Below are positions 9,325 through 19,697 of a DNA stretch of 64,000 nt, in pieces (within the stretch, counting starts at the first letter, position 1; each line of letters opens with the position of its first letter). This DNA comes from a virus. The notes under the pieces are model-generated. The model searched no databases and was not told where the DNA came from. It was given only the letters and a program-made list of their open reading frames with translations. The stretch is from positions 12,637-76,636 of the IMG/VR virus record IMGVR_UViG_3300022924_000018. The stretch is one strand, 5' to 3'. The translations under genes were made by a program, and so were the position numbers.

Positions 9325-10563
9325 ATGGCTTTAAGAAAAGGAACAATCACAGAGGGAGGTAATAAGATTACTTGGACTCAAACGGATAAGGGTATATCCT
9401 ATTCAGATGGAAAGACTGCTATCCCATCTCCTGACAACATGGATGCTAAAATAGCTTATAAGACCGCTACCTCTGTTGTAGTGCCTCCTGTAGTTATACC
9501 ACCTGTTGTGGACACTAAATGGGTTTCATATACTCCTGATGAGTTGTCTACTAAAGTTGGATTAAAAGACGTAAACGTTAGGATTAAGGCATCAACTAAG
9601 CCTTATACAGGTCAATATACCCTTACAGATTTTGAGCGTGTTACAATTGATCTAAATGCGTCAGAAGGTGTAGTATTCTCTACATGGAATATGGAAGCTT
9701 TTGTGCTTAAAGGAATAACGAATGATTTACATTTTATTAATGGAAATGTAACTAAGACTAACAGGCCATTTGTTAAGTACGATTATTTGGGAAGTAAGCA
9801 ATTAAGTGGCATTACTTTCGATAAAATGGTGTTGGACAATACAGGTAGTTTATTTGACTCTCAAGGTGGTTATAAAGACTCTGTAGAGCAATTGGCTTTA
9901 GGTATTATCAATAACTTTAAAGTAACGAATACAACTATTAAAAACTCTCCAAATCAAGGTACTTTTGTTGTGGTTAAGGGGGAAGATTGGCTATTTGAAA
10001 ATGTTACGGTAGATAATGTAGCTGTTACATCTGGACAACATGCACATATATTGGTGTTGATGGGTAATGGAATCATAAGGAATAGCATAGTTACTAATCA
10101 TAGGGGAAGTTTTAATAGGGTTACGGCATATAACTTAACCACGGCTAATAAGAAATCGGTATTTACTAACAATATTGTTGATAGTTCAACTAGGTACAGT
10201 GCCTTTGAGGTGTTTTACTTACCTGATGAGGTTTATAAAAAAGCAGGATTGTTTTATCCTTCTAGTGTATTAATTTACAATAATACTATTGGTAGATTAG
10301 GATGGACAGATAAGATTTGGGAGAATGTTGGTGTTGATATCTATGATAGCAGAGGTGCTGTAGAGTTCTATAACAACTTATGCTATAATTTATACTCAAA
10401 CAATAACAATGCTAATCCTAGTTTAATTAACTATGCGAGTAGGGATGCTAAAGACCCTTTAGTTAAGTCTTATGGCAATGTGTATAAAGCTACATGGCAA
10501 GAAGCAGTAGAGAACTTAAACAGTTTTAAATCTAAATTTAATGGCGTAGGAGCGTCTTTGTAG
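9325..10563 (+). CDS. Right-handed beta-helix (pectin lyase-like) protein, possible depolymerase/tailspike
   Basis: Repeated N/T/V ladders (IINNFKVTNTTIKNS, FENVTVDNV, IYNNTIG, FYNNLCYN). Confidence 0.6.
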   Translation: MALRKGTITEGGNKITWTQTDKGISYSDGKTAIPSPDNMDAKIAYKTATSVVVPPVVIPPVVDTKWVSYTPDELSTKVGLKDVNVRIKASTKPYTGQYTLTDFERVTIDLNASEGVVFSTWNMEAFVLKGITNDLHFINGNVTKTNRPFVKYDYLGSKQLSGITFDKMVLDNTGSLFDSQGGYKDSVEQLALGIINNFKVTNTTIKNSPNQGTFVVVKGEDWLFENVTVDNVAVTSGQHAHILVLMGNGIIRNSIVTNHRGSFNRVTAYNLTTANKKSVFTNNIVDSSTRYSAFEVFYLPDEVYKKAGLFYPSSVLIYNNTIGRLGWTDKIWENVGVDIYDSRGAVEFYNNLCYNLYSNNNNANPSLINYASRDAKDPLVKSYGNVYKATWQEAVENLNSFKSKFNGVGASL

Positions 10564-10566
10564 GAT

Positions 10567-11103
10567 ATGCTGAATAAACAAGATATAAAAGAACTTGCAG
10601 AAAAGAACGGTTACACTTATGATAACTTAAATGCCGTTGTTAAAGTGGAGTCGGGAGGGATAGGATTTGCAGCAGATGGAAAGATTATAATTCAATTCGA
10701 GCCATCTTGGTTTAAGAGGAAGTCTCCTTATACCCCATCTGGACTGTGGTCACAGAATGGAGTTGAAAGACAAGTAAGAGAATGGCAAGCATTTAATGAC
10801 GCTTTTAAACGTGACCCAAATGCTGCTATGGAATCAACATCAATAGGATTGATGCAGGTAATGGGGTTTCATTATAGCTTATTAGGATTTAAAACTGTAG
10901 GAGAGATGTGGGATTTTGCAAAGGTTTCAGAACGAAACCAATTAGATTTAGCGATTAGATTTATCAAGTCAAATAAAAAACTAGATAAGGCTTTAAAAGA
11001 GGGCGATGCAGCCACTTTCGCTTATTATTACAATGGTAGTGGGTATAAGAAATTTAAATACGACACACGGCTTGTATCAGCAGGAATGAAATCAACTAAA
11101 TAA
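10567..11103 (+). CDS. Endolysin, N-acetylmuramidase (DUF3380-type)
   Basis: AVVKVESGG, IQFEP, STSIGLMQVMGFHY, FAYYYNG motifs. Confidence 0.9.
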   Translation: MLNKQDIKELAEKNGYTYDNLNAVVKVESGGIGFAADGKIIIQFEPSWFKRKSPYTPSGLWSQNGVERQVREWQAFNDAFKRDPNAAMESTSIGLMQVMGFHYSLLGFKTVGEMWDFAKVSERNQLDLAIRFIKSNKKLDKALKEGDAATFAYYYNGSGYKKFKYDTRLVSAGMKSTK

Positions 11104-11111
11104 AATATATT

Positions 11112-11495
11112 ATGGAATTTCAAATTTATCTTAAATGTGTTATAGCAGGAATACTAGGTATGATTGCTCACATTGTCTTTTTAAAGCTTCCTGCGGTAAG
11201 GAAACGTAGCTTGGCAGCTAACAAGCCATTTAACCTTAAAGAGTACTTTAAAGATGATTGGTTAGCTATTCTTGGCTCTTTTCTTACTGTAGTTATTTGC
11301 GTTTATCTATTGGATGAAATTATAGGGTACAATCCTAACTTCTTTAGATATGTTAAATATGGGTTCTTGTTTATAGGTTATACAGGGAGTTCAGTATTAA
11401 TTGGGATACTAGGTAAGGCAGACCCTAAAATACTAACTAAGGTGGATAAGGCTACAAATGAGTTAAGCGACATTAAAGCGGGAGATAGATTATGA
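11112..11495 (+). CDS. Putative holin
   Basis: Three TM segments, between endolysin and spanin. Confidence 0.6.
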   Translation: MEFQIYLKCVIAGILGMIAHIVFLKLPAVRKRSLAANKPFNLKEYFKDDWLAILGSFLTVVICVYLLDEIIGYNPNFFRYVKYGFLFIGYTGSSVLIGILGKADPKILTKVDKATNELSDIKAGDRL

Positions 11496-12028
11496 AGGAA
11501 GACGGGAAGGGATTAATCAATTGGTCTTTGGTAGGTGTGGTTGTTGGAGTGATTATGCTGTTGCTGTTTTTAGCGGGGTTATTCCAATCATGCGGAACAC
11601 GTAAGGTAGAAACTCAAATCGCTAAGACAGATGTTAAGGTTGATAAGGAGGTAAAAGAAAGCGGTACTCAATCTAACAAAGTAGAAATTTATACTAATAC
11701 TGTTGCCTCTGAAAAGAGTGATAAAGTAGACGAAAGACAAGAGCAAAGGATAACAGAGCTTTATAATGAAAATGGGGTGCTTATAAAGCGATTGACGGAG
11801 TTAACTAATCAAAAGAGTACAGATAAGTCAATTAAAGATAAAAGTGTCTTAGAAAGCTTTATTTCGTTTGAATATAAAACGTTTGTTACTACCTATCGTG
11901 AAACTATTACTATACACACTAAAGGAAAAGTTAAGGCATCCGAAACAAGTAACAAGTACTTTTATATTACTATAGCTTTATTAGGTGGATTAGTTATTTG
12001 GTTAGGGTATAAAAAGGTAAGGGGCTAA
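11492..12028 (+). CDS. Putative unimolecular spanin (lipoprotein with C-terminal TM)
   Basis: FQSC lipobox, hydrophilic middle, C-terminal TM; end of lysis cassette. Confidence 0.7.
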   Translation: MKEDGKGLINWSLVGVVVGVIMLLLFLAGLFQSCGTRKVETQIAKTDVKVDKEVKESGTQSNKVEIYTNTVASEKSDKVDERQEQRITELYNENGVLIKRLTELTNQKSTDKSIKDKSVLESFISFEYKTFVTTYRETITIHTKGKVKASETSNKYFYITIALLGGLVIWLGYKKVRG

Positions 12029-12043
12029 TCACCCCTTTTTTAT
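12019..12043. terminator. Terminator between convergent transcription blocks
   Basis: aagggg/cccctt stem plus T run at the +/- convergence. Confidence 0.65.
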
Positions 12044-12504
12044 TAATCATTCGGTTTAAATAACACTATCCATTTGCCTGTTGTTGATTCTGCTTCTAAC
12101 CATTTGGTATTTGCTTCTTTCCATTTTACATCCGAAGTGTAATCATGATAAATTGGATATTCATAAGGATTAACCTCATACACTTGTAAATGCTGCATCA
12201 GGGATTTGAAGGAATCTAGGGCGCTAAATAACGAATGAGTAAAATACCCTTTACGGTAATCCTTATGCTTAATTAAACCGTAATCATTATACTCATCAAC
12301 CATAATCTTAGCTGTTTCTTCTGTAACCTCGCTTGTAAGTCCGATTAAAACCGTGCCTTTCGGGAAGTATTCCCTGAATGTTTCATGACCAACAAAGTAA
12401 GATAAATAAGGCTTTTCATCATTGAAATACTTAAACCTATCTGCCCCGGGTGATGGAAGGAAAAACGTTACCGTTCCCTTTTCTGTTTTATGTTCTACTT
12501 GCAT
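12043..12504 (-). CDS. Hypothetical phage protein
   Basis: 153 aa ORF, last gene of the minus block. Confidence 0.6.
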   Translation of the reverse strand: MQVEHKTEKGTVTFFLPSPGADRFKYFNDEKPYLSYFVGHETFREYFPKGTVLIGLTSEVTEETAKIMVDEYNDYGLIKHKDYRKGYFTHSLFSALDSFKSLMQHLQVYEVNPYEYPIYHDYTSDVKWKEANTKWLEAESTTGKWIVLFKPND

Positions 12505-13588
12505 GGTTAAGCGTTAGATGTAAAACAAGTTACGCATAAAACAGGATGTGATTTCTTACCAAATTCAAAATCGATTTTAGAAAGTTGTTTGTCGCAATTA
12601 CAGCAATTAGGATTATGATAAAGTTCTTTTTCTTCATCCCATTCTAAATCCATTTTTTCGGCAATATCTTGTATCTTATCGGGATTTGGATTAGCTATGT
12701 CTAGTTTATCAAACGCAAGGTCTAATACTTCATTGTCAGTTAAGTGTGTTTTCATAATCTTACTTTAAATTGTTTCTAAATCTGTTAGGTTAGTATGAGT
12801 TTAGAATAGTCATAGCATATTGAAATGCCCTAGTCCAAGTTTGTTCCAATCCATTAATTTCATTCCATCCGATTCGATCTGCGTGATCTTCATAACTATA
12901 TTGCACGTCGTCGGGGTCTTGAATAGTTTTCATAATATCCGCCCGCATTTGTTCTTGATGGTTTTTTCTAATTATATCTATTGTTTCCATATCTCTTATG
13001 TTAAATCCTTTAGGTTGAGGATTGATTGTTTGTCAATAATAACCTCGTATCCGGCATCCCCTTTATCAATGCATTTATAATTTGCCTTTTCCGCTGCTTC
13101 ATCTAACTTTTGATTGGCGTATAGCTTCATTGCTTTTAAAATCATTGCATCTGTTTTACGACCAACTGGCCATGGTCTATTTGGACAAACTAAGTCAAGT
13201 ATTTCTTCTGCTGTTTTCATACTTGTAAATTTACCTTTTATATACCCTTAAAAACGTTCTATACTTACCGTCTGTAGGGATGTGTTTGTCTAAACATATT
13301 ATATGCCATATTGCTTTTAGTAGCTTCATAGCAGTTCTAATTTTTTATTGGTGTCTCTAGATAATTTTCCAAACCCTCGATTAAACAACTTTAAATAATC
13401 ATTAACAAGTTTTCTATGCGTTTCAATAAAAATCCAATCTTCATCATCCATGACGCTACCTATAGTCATATTTCTACCAACACTCATTATTAATTGCTGT
13501 ACAATTCGTATTTCGGACTGTCTATCTTCGAAATATTCTATATGAGTCAAAAGTTTATTTGCCTCATTAATTGTTTCTTTTTCCATTT

Positions 13589-13879
13589 CTACTTCTCCTT
13601 TTTAACTTGGTTAGTACCTAAGAACTGTGCTAATCCCTGCATCTGTTCTCTTAACTCTTTAGCTTTCTTACTTGGTATATCACTTTCTTCTATTGACTTA
13701 TTAATGTTTCCTAATATTCCGTATATCTGCTTTAGATTAGTAGGTGTTAGATTTAAGTGGGTAATGGTGTCCTGTACGGCTTTAACTTCTTGTTTAGGCT
13801 TAGTTACCTCTTTAGTTGATTGACCGTAGCTTATAACGGCTGTAAATGCGAATAATGTTGTAATGATAAGTTTTTTCAT
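13589..13879 (-). CDS. Small secreted protein
   Basis: Signal peptide MKKLIITTLFAFTAVISYG-Q. Confidence 0.6.
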   Translation of the reverse strand: MKKLIITTLFAFTAVISYGQSTKEVTKPKQEVKAVQDTITHLNLTPTNLKQIYGILGNINKSIEESDIPSKKAKELREQMQGLAQFLGTNQVKKEK

Positions 13880-14098
13880 TTTATTATTTGTTTTATTAAT
13901 GATGATAAGTTGTGTATTTCTTCATGTGTTATGATTATTTCTTTCCCCTTTTTAGTAGTTAAAACAATAAAGTCATTTTCGCTACTCGTATATACATTAC
14001 CTCCGTTTTTTAATGGGTAAGAAATGCTTAAAGTTGTTGATGCTTCATTTTGAGGCCAATTATAAGCAGGCTGAATGTATTGTGTTTCATTTTCCATC

Positions 14099-14404
14099 TT
14101 ATTCCTTAATTATTAAAATCCTCTTTACTGTTATTGTTTTAAGCTTATATCCTTTATATAAATATATAGGGAACATAAGTTGATCGTAGAAGTTTAACGT
14201 AGCTACATCCCTTTTTAAATCAGTTGTATTGGCTATGTAATATCTATCGTTAGATTTAGTATAAACGTAAGTATAAAGGGTGTCAGGTTCGTTATGATTA
14301 GTGTTTTCAAGTTTACTGACATATATGTTTACATCAACGTATTCGGGTAGTGTTTCCTGCTTTGAGCATCCTGCAAAAAGTAATAGGAGTAGTAGATATT
14401 TCAT
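14099..14404 (-). CDS. Small lipoprotein
   Basis: MKYLLLLLLFAG-C lipobox. Confidence 0.65.
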   Translation of the reverse strand: MKYLLLLLLFAGCSKQETLPEYVDVNIYVSKLENTNHNEPDTLYTYVYTKSNDRYYIANTTDLKRDVATLNFYDQLMFPIYLYKGYKLKTITVKRILIIKE

Positions 14405-14918
14405 AGTTTTATTTCTTAATTACTGATTCATTTTGTAGTCCCCATGCAGGGCTTTCTCGGTCTAAGTTTCTAAGTGACCATTTCTGTGCGAGGGTAACAT
14501 CCATTTCTGTTATCTTTAAATGATGCGCCACCCTTCCAATAGTAAAATTAGGATTAGCCTTTAAGAAAGCTAATATCTCTTCTCTGCTTTTCATAAATTC
14601 TCAAGTTTGTTTTTAATATCATTTTGTGAATAATTGTTTCTTTTGTAACCGAATGGATTGGCAAGCTTAAATAAATAGTCCATAGTCTTAAAATAAGGTT
14701 CTTGTTTATGTATAGGCATTTCTTCAAACTCTATATTGTCTAGCTTTCGCTTTAAATACTTGTATTCTTTTTTAGGAGTGACTTTGCTTTTGGAGGTTTC
14801 CTTTTGCTTAGACGTTACTTTAGGAGGACTAAACGGGTAATATCTCATAATAAGAAGTTAAAGGAGGCTTTTTACACCTCCAATTAGATTAAAATGGTAG
14901 TGTTATTTTCTTACCATT

Positions 14919-15260
14919 TTAGAAGGGTAAATCTTGGTCTGGGTCTTCCTCTACAGATGCGGGTGCTTGTTGTGTTGGTGTTCCCGAAGTCTGATTGATG
15001 TTAAACTTCCATAGTTGTAAGCTTAGGTAAAACTTTTCTTTATACTCGTTACCTCTAAAATTCGCTGACACCGTTACGTTATATCCAACCCTAATTTCAT
15101 CTAACTTAACACAGTTGTCTTGTGTAGCTTGAATAGGAATGAATTGAGGATATTCGGTTGCCTCATCAATTGTTAAAACTAAATCTCTTTTTTTAAATTT
15201 TTCAGAAACTTGTTCTGTTGTTCCTACGGCTTTTACCGTTCCTGTAATTTCTACTGTCAT
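14919..15260 (-). CDS. Single-stranded DNA-binding protein, DUF3127-like
   Basis: EITG...FKKRDLVL...EYPQFI pattern; acidic tail ending DQDLPF. Confidence 0.85.
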   Translation of the reverse strand: MTVEITGTVKAVGTTEQVSEKFKKRDLVLTIDEATEYPQFIPIQATQDNCVKLDEIRVGYNVTVSANFRGNEYKEKFYLSLQLWKFNINQTSGTPTQQAPASVEEDPDQDLPF

Positions 15261-15610
15261 GATGTTTTAATTATTGATTCTTCTTTTTTTAATTTATTTA
15301 TTAATGAGGCAACCCTCTTTTGATTCTCTACACTTAAAGCCAAACTGTCGTACACTAAATTAAAGTTTCTCTGCGTTTCAGCCTCTATAAGATCGTTTTC
15401 TAATCCAAATGATGCAATATCTCTGCTTAGGTTTTTAAGTAGCGTAGAAACGTTCTTTTGTGTCTTATCGCATAAGTTAAACAGATACTTGTTATCCTCC
15501 TCTTTAATGCCGTATTGAAGTGTTAGCATCGTTAAGTAATCTTTGAATATTTCTCCACTTATAAGGCTACCTGACTTTACGTTGAATGTAATTGATTCCT
15601 TAATTGTCAT
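15257..15610 (-). CDS. Hypothetical protein
   Basis: 117 aa, overlaps SSB start. Confidence 0.55.
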   Translation of the reverse strand: MTIKESITFNVKSGSLISGEIFKDYLTMLTLQYGIKEEDNKYLFNLCDKTQKNVSTLLKNLSRDIASFGLENDLIEAETQRNFNLVYDSLALSVENQKRVASLINKLKKEESIIKTS

Positions 15611-15676
15611 TTCATTATAGCTAATATTAAAAGTATTAAGTAAATAAGGATGTGCTTTAGGGTTATTAGGTCTGTG

Positions 15677-16111
15677 TTACTGTTTCTGTAGTGTGCCATG
15701 TTCGTAAATATTTCCGATTATTTCAATATTTGGATTGTTAAGTAGAAAAGGTTTATTATTGCAAGTGTACAGAGGACGGTCTATTCTATTTCTGTTATCA
15801 GATGATACTATCCAGTAATTCCAAGCTAAATGTAAATCATCCCAATAAATGCTATACAAATCATTTTGACTTCCTAAATCGCTATTAGCACGATATGCTT
15901 TTACTAAGTCTCCTTCATAAATGTCTTTTCCGTTTTTATCTTGTTTGCCTGTAAACTGACCAAGGGTTTCGGGGTTAACTTCATACTTACTAAAATCGTT
16001 TGAGTCTGAATGTTCAATTTCGTGAAAGACTCTGCCGTTTATGTTTGCTTTAATGTAATTGCCAAAAACCATTGTATTTCCATACATTGCTCTAAATTTA
16101 ATTTCTCTCAT
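15677..16111 (-). CDS. YopX family protein
   Basis: MREIKFRA...GQFTGKQDKNGKDIYEGD...EIIGNIYE; start refined to 16111. Confidence 0.9.
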   Translation of the reverse strand: MREIKFRAMYGNTMVFGNYIKANINGRVFHEIEHSDSNDFSKYEVNPETLGQFTGKQDKNGKDIYEGDLVKAYRANSDLGSQNDLYSIYWDDLHLAWNYWIVSSDNRNRIDRPLYTCNNKPFLLNNPNIEIIGNIYEHGTLQKQ

Positions 16112-16136
16112 ATCTTTTAATCTAATATTCTTAATC

Positions 16137-16700
16137 CTAGTTTTTTTGTGTTTTGAAAAAAGCAACTAAATCTTTAAGCAAAACTTTTTTGTAATCAGGG
16201 TATTTAATACTTTCGGTATGTTCTTGAGTCCACCTGTATCTACCTTTCACCTCTACAGAACCATCTTCTTTAAATTCAGGAGGGTAGTAATTTATGCTAT
16301 AATATTTGCTTAAAACTTTTTTTACTTTATCTGCAAAATCCCATTGATTGTCATCCCATTTCCAATGTTCCATATCTTTAACCTTGATAGGAGAAAATCG
16401 GACTAAACTTACATTACTCCACCAACATAATCCGCCATCTTCTATACTTTCAAGAAGAAACTCATGCCAACCATTATCATGTAGTCTGATTTCTTTAAAC
16501 CAAGATAAATACCATTTGGTAAAAGGCGCTGCGGATATTCTAACTAAATCTCCATCTCTTAAAGCTTCACTTTTAACTGACTCAAAACTCCAATCTTTTT
16601 GACTTATGTTTCTATGTTCATCATAATATGTCGTTGTGGCAAAATTTATTATATAATTGAGTATTTCTATTCTTGCCCTGTTTCTTGTAATTAATTTCAT
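16137..16700 (-). CDS. Hypothetical Trp-rich phage protein
   Basis: 187 aa ORF in operon. Confidence 0.55.
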   Translation of the reverse strand: MKLITRNRARIEILNYIINFATTTYYDEHRNISQKDWSFESVKSEALRDGDLVRISAAPFTKWYLSWFKEIRLHDNGWHEFLLESIEDGGLCWWSNVSLVRFSPIKVKDMEHWKWDDNQWDFADKVKKVLSKYYSINYYPPEFKEDGSVEVKGRYRWTQEHTESIKYPDYKKVLLKDLVAFFKTQKN

Positions 16701-17125
16701 TTTCCTAATCTGCTTTTTAAATAACCTAATTCTCTTGATTCTTTGTCGTTGGCATGAATGTAGTCGTGGTGTGGTTTACATACAGCCATCCATTCTCTAC
16801 TGTCCAACATATAGTCTTTTCCTCTGCCCCTGATATGATGGCATTCTGTAGATATGCTTATACAATTTTTAAACATACATAACGGATGGTCTTTCATAAA
16901 TTGTTTCCTTAACACGCTATATGCAGCATCTATTTTCTTTTGCTTATCGCTTTTCTTATTAATCGGAGTTCTCTTCTCTACGGGCTTTATATCGCTTGAC
17001 TTAGTGGTTATTTTGTAGTTGCCTATGGGTGTTGCCTGTTTGAGCGAACACTCTTTACATTGCTTTGGGTTACTTTTCCATAGGTAGCATTCCTTTTGGC
17101 AGGATGAGCATATTTTAAGTTTCAT
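16697..17125 (-). CDS. Zn-finger/HNH-like nuclease (NinG/Ref-like)
   Basis: CxxC pairs; ECHHIRGRG...WMAVCKPHHDYIH. Confidence 0.65.
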   Translation of the reverse strand: MKLKICSSCQKECYLWKSNPKQCKECSLKQATPIGNYKITTKSSDIKPVEKRTPINKKSDKQKKIDAAYSVLRKQFMKDHPLCMFKNCISISTECHHIRGRGKDYMLDSREWMAVCKPHHDYIHANDKESRELGYLKSRLGK

Positions 17126-18197
17126 CTTCTTTTTCGTAATATTTATTCATAACCTTTTCTTTCATCAGTTGCTCTACCCACATTACATCATGTTTAATTG
17201 TATGTCTCCAATGAAATCCCTCTTGCTCTGCATTATCTCTTATTCTTTTCAGAACTTCATATACAGCATTCAATTCGGGTAGGCTGGCTTTTCTTAGTTT
17301 GTCGTATTCTAAAGTCATCATATCCTTTGTTCTCCTTTAATTTTAAACCTATCTGTAAATAAAGTTCCTTGTTCTTTAGGTAATATATAATACTGATAAG
17401 CATTACTACCACATTCGTTTATTCTTATCTCTTGTGTTGCTTCTAATGATTTGAAGTAGTCTGAACTCTTGCGCCATTTAGGTTGTTTCATAATTCAACT
17501 CTTGTTATTGCATGTGCAAGCTTCATTCCATCATCTCCATCAAACTCATGTAGTTCTGGATTAGCCTCTAATACGTAAGGATAATGACCTTTTACCCATC
17601 CTTTAGGCGTTAATAACTCAAACTCTAATCCGTTAATACATTCTTCCATTGTAGGCTCTCTGTATTTTGTTTCATCAAAAAATGCCATATCTATTTATTT
17701 TGTGTTTTCTTAGCCTCGTGTTCAGCCTTAAGTTTGTCGATCATTTCCTGAGTGCCTACAAAATATTGAGGTGTTCCCCAAGCAAGATGGTGTTTAAATT
17801 TCTCCATGATCTCTTCTCTGCTCTGTAAAACGGCTACAAGCAGATTACCTACGTTTAGTGTGCCTCTCCTAGCCATAGTTTCGACGTAGTGATATACCAA
17901 TGGGTCATTAAGATACTTTTTAAAGCCTTGAGGTAAAGAGTCAATTATCAACTTTTTACATTCTTCTATTTTATTGTATTCTTCCATATCTCTTTATATT
18001 TTATCTATGTCTATAAATTTTGGTAAATCATTTTTATTTTCGCTATAAAATAACAAACCTCTTTTAGCTATTTGTGGCTCATATTTAGCATCAGGAAATT
18101 TAAACAGCTTTTCTGTAGCAAATTCTTTAATCAGATTTAAGTAATACTTTCTGTTAGCCCGGTAACTAATTCGTCTATCCCTTGAGTTCTTTTTCAT
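17115..18197 (-). other. Small hypothetical ORFs (17115-17321, 17488-17688, 17691-17987, 17994-18197)
   Basis: Co-oriented, tightly packed. Confidence 0.55.
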
Positions 18198-18490
18198 AAT
18201 CTTATTTGTTTACTCCTCCACTACGCTTTGTTTCTTTACACCATTGGTTATAGAGGGTGTTTAGTTTTTGTTCCATAATGTTTAATTACTTTCCTAAATG
18301 CTTTTCTAATGCGACTATTAACCCAAAAGCAAACTTGTCGTTTTCGTTCCAAAGTTCGCATAATAAATTGTACAAGTCTCTTGCTTCATTATCAGTTGCA
18401 GTTATCAGTCCGTCTGATATAATGCTTAGTATTTCATGTTTCATATTGTTTAAAGGGATTAGAAAGGGTGTTTCATTTATTGTACTGTAC

Positions 18491-19264
18491 TTACTTGCAT
18501 ACTATTGAAATCTTGTTAGGCTTACGTTTACGAACGAGTCCGTCCTTACCCAAGAAGTAGTTTGATGGATAACATAGTCCATAAAAGGCACGAAGATTAA
18601 GTTTGTCCTTAGAAACTATTTCAATGTTCTTCTCTGATTTAATCAATCCAACTGCATTTAACTTCTTTTGTATTTTGTTGCCTGTTGTTATGCTTCTTCT
18701 ATTTACAAGAGTTGCTAATCCTTTATTGCTGATACTATAATAATCTTCGGTTCTTTCGGGTGTTGTGTTTTGCAGATAAGCATTTCTCTTTTGAATTAAT
18801 TTCTTAGCTTCCTTTGGAGAGATAAAATTATCCTCTTGCAGTTTAATGATTTCGGACTTGAGATTGGTTATGTATTGTTGTTGCCTAAAGTTTTTTAATA
18901 ATCGTGTAAATTGAATGTTTAATATTTGTTTGTTCTTGTCATTATTGTATTCTACGGCAATTAGGGGCGACTGTAGTGACTTTCTAAGTTTGGTTGACCC
19001 AACTATGCAAAGATTCCCGTTGTGCATTGTAACGAGTCCTAATTCGGTAAGCTTCTTTATGTGCCTTTGTAGAGTAGAAATTGATAGCCCTGTTTTCTTA
19101 GAAACTTTTCTATATGAGAAGTTGTAGAATTTAGGATTTTTATAAGTCTTTCTTAGGATGATTAGGATTGATAATGAACGTTCCCATTTTTGAGCAATAG
19201 CTTGTTGTATTACCGCTTCGGGTAGCCAAGTGTATTTGTCGTATGTAATGGAAAGTTTGGTCAA
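18491..19264 (-). CDS. Double winged-helix DNA-binding protein, copy 1 (TTG start, 257 aa)
   Basis: FSYRKVSKKTGLSISTLQRHIKKLTELGLV and SNKGLATLVNRRSITTGNKIQKKLNAVGLI; paralog of 25390-26163. Confidence 0.7.
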   Translation of the reverse strand: MTKLSITYDKYTWLPEAVIQQAIAQKWERSLSILIILRKTYKNPKFYNFSYRKVSKKTGLSISTLQRHIKKLTELGLVTMHNGNLCIVGSTKLRKSLQSPLIAVEYNNDKNKQILNIQFTRLLKNFRQQQYITNLKSEIIKLQEDNFISPKEAKKLIQKRNAYLQNTTPERTEDYYSISNKGLATLVNRRSITTGNKIQKKLNAVGLIKSEKNIEIVSKDKLNLRAFYGLCYPSNYFLGKDGLVRKRKPNKISIVCK

Positions 19265-19426
19265 AGCAAAAGGGTTAGTGAAATTTAACTAGTTACCTTG
19301 ATTGACGCTGTGGTAGGGCTTTATCGGTAATCTTTGCTAACTCACTAACCCTTTAGGGTTATATCTTGATGTTCTTTGTATGATTGTCCTGCCTACCACA
19401 GCGGTTTCAACCATGCATCAAAGATA
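19265..19426 (-). ncRNA. Promoter (TATCTTTG, 19419-19426) plus structured 5' leader, copy 1
   Basis: Interleaved inverted repeats 19269-19281/19342-19354 (13 bp) and 19306-19317/19392-19403 (12 bp). Confidence 0.7.
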
Positions 19427-19435
19427 TGAAATATT

Positions 19436-19627
19436 TTAATATTTAGGAACTTCTAAGTAATCAAATAGTTCCTCCCTCAATTCGTCTATTGCGGAGGTCG
19501 TTCCAGAACTTAAACCGTAAGCAGGATGCCCTAAATTCTGTGTCGCTTGTAGTAGCTTTTGTTCTGTTTCCTTTAACACCGTAAGCACCTCTTCTTTTGT
19601 TGCTGTCTCTAGTTTGTCGCTTTTCAT
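19436..19627 (-). CDS. Small protein, paralog of 34645-34842
   Basis: Shared LKETEQKLL.ATQNLGHPAYG.SS and LFDYLE. Confidence 0.7.
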   Translation of the reverse strand: MKSDKLETATKEEVLTVLKETEQKLLQATQNLGHPAYGLSSGTTSAIDELREELFDYLEVPKY

Positions 19628-19665
19628 TTTTGTTGAATTTTATAATTTTCATGTTTTCTTTTAAT

Positions 19666-19697
19666 AAAAGGTGGCGCTTATCCAAGACAACCACCTT
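19666..19697 (-). terminator. Intrinsic terminator
   Basis: aaggtgg/ccacctt stem, U tail on the minus strand. Confidence 0.55.

Larger units (their letters stand above)
12507..14848 (-). other. Run of small hypothetical ORFs (12507-12755, 12790-12990, 12996-13220, 13326-13586, 13876-14097, 14409-14594, 14591-14848)
   Basis: Co-oriented, abutting or overlapping, ATG starts in A-rich context. Confidence 0.6.

Noticed and set aside
19337-19414. 25-aa leader peptide MVETAVVGRTIIQRTSRYNPKGLVS in cassette 1
   Set aside because: Equivalent ATG in cassette 2 is followed by a stop after one codon, so it is not conserved
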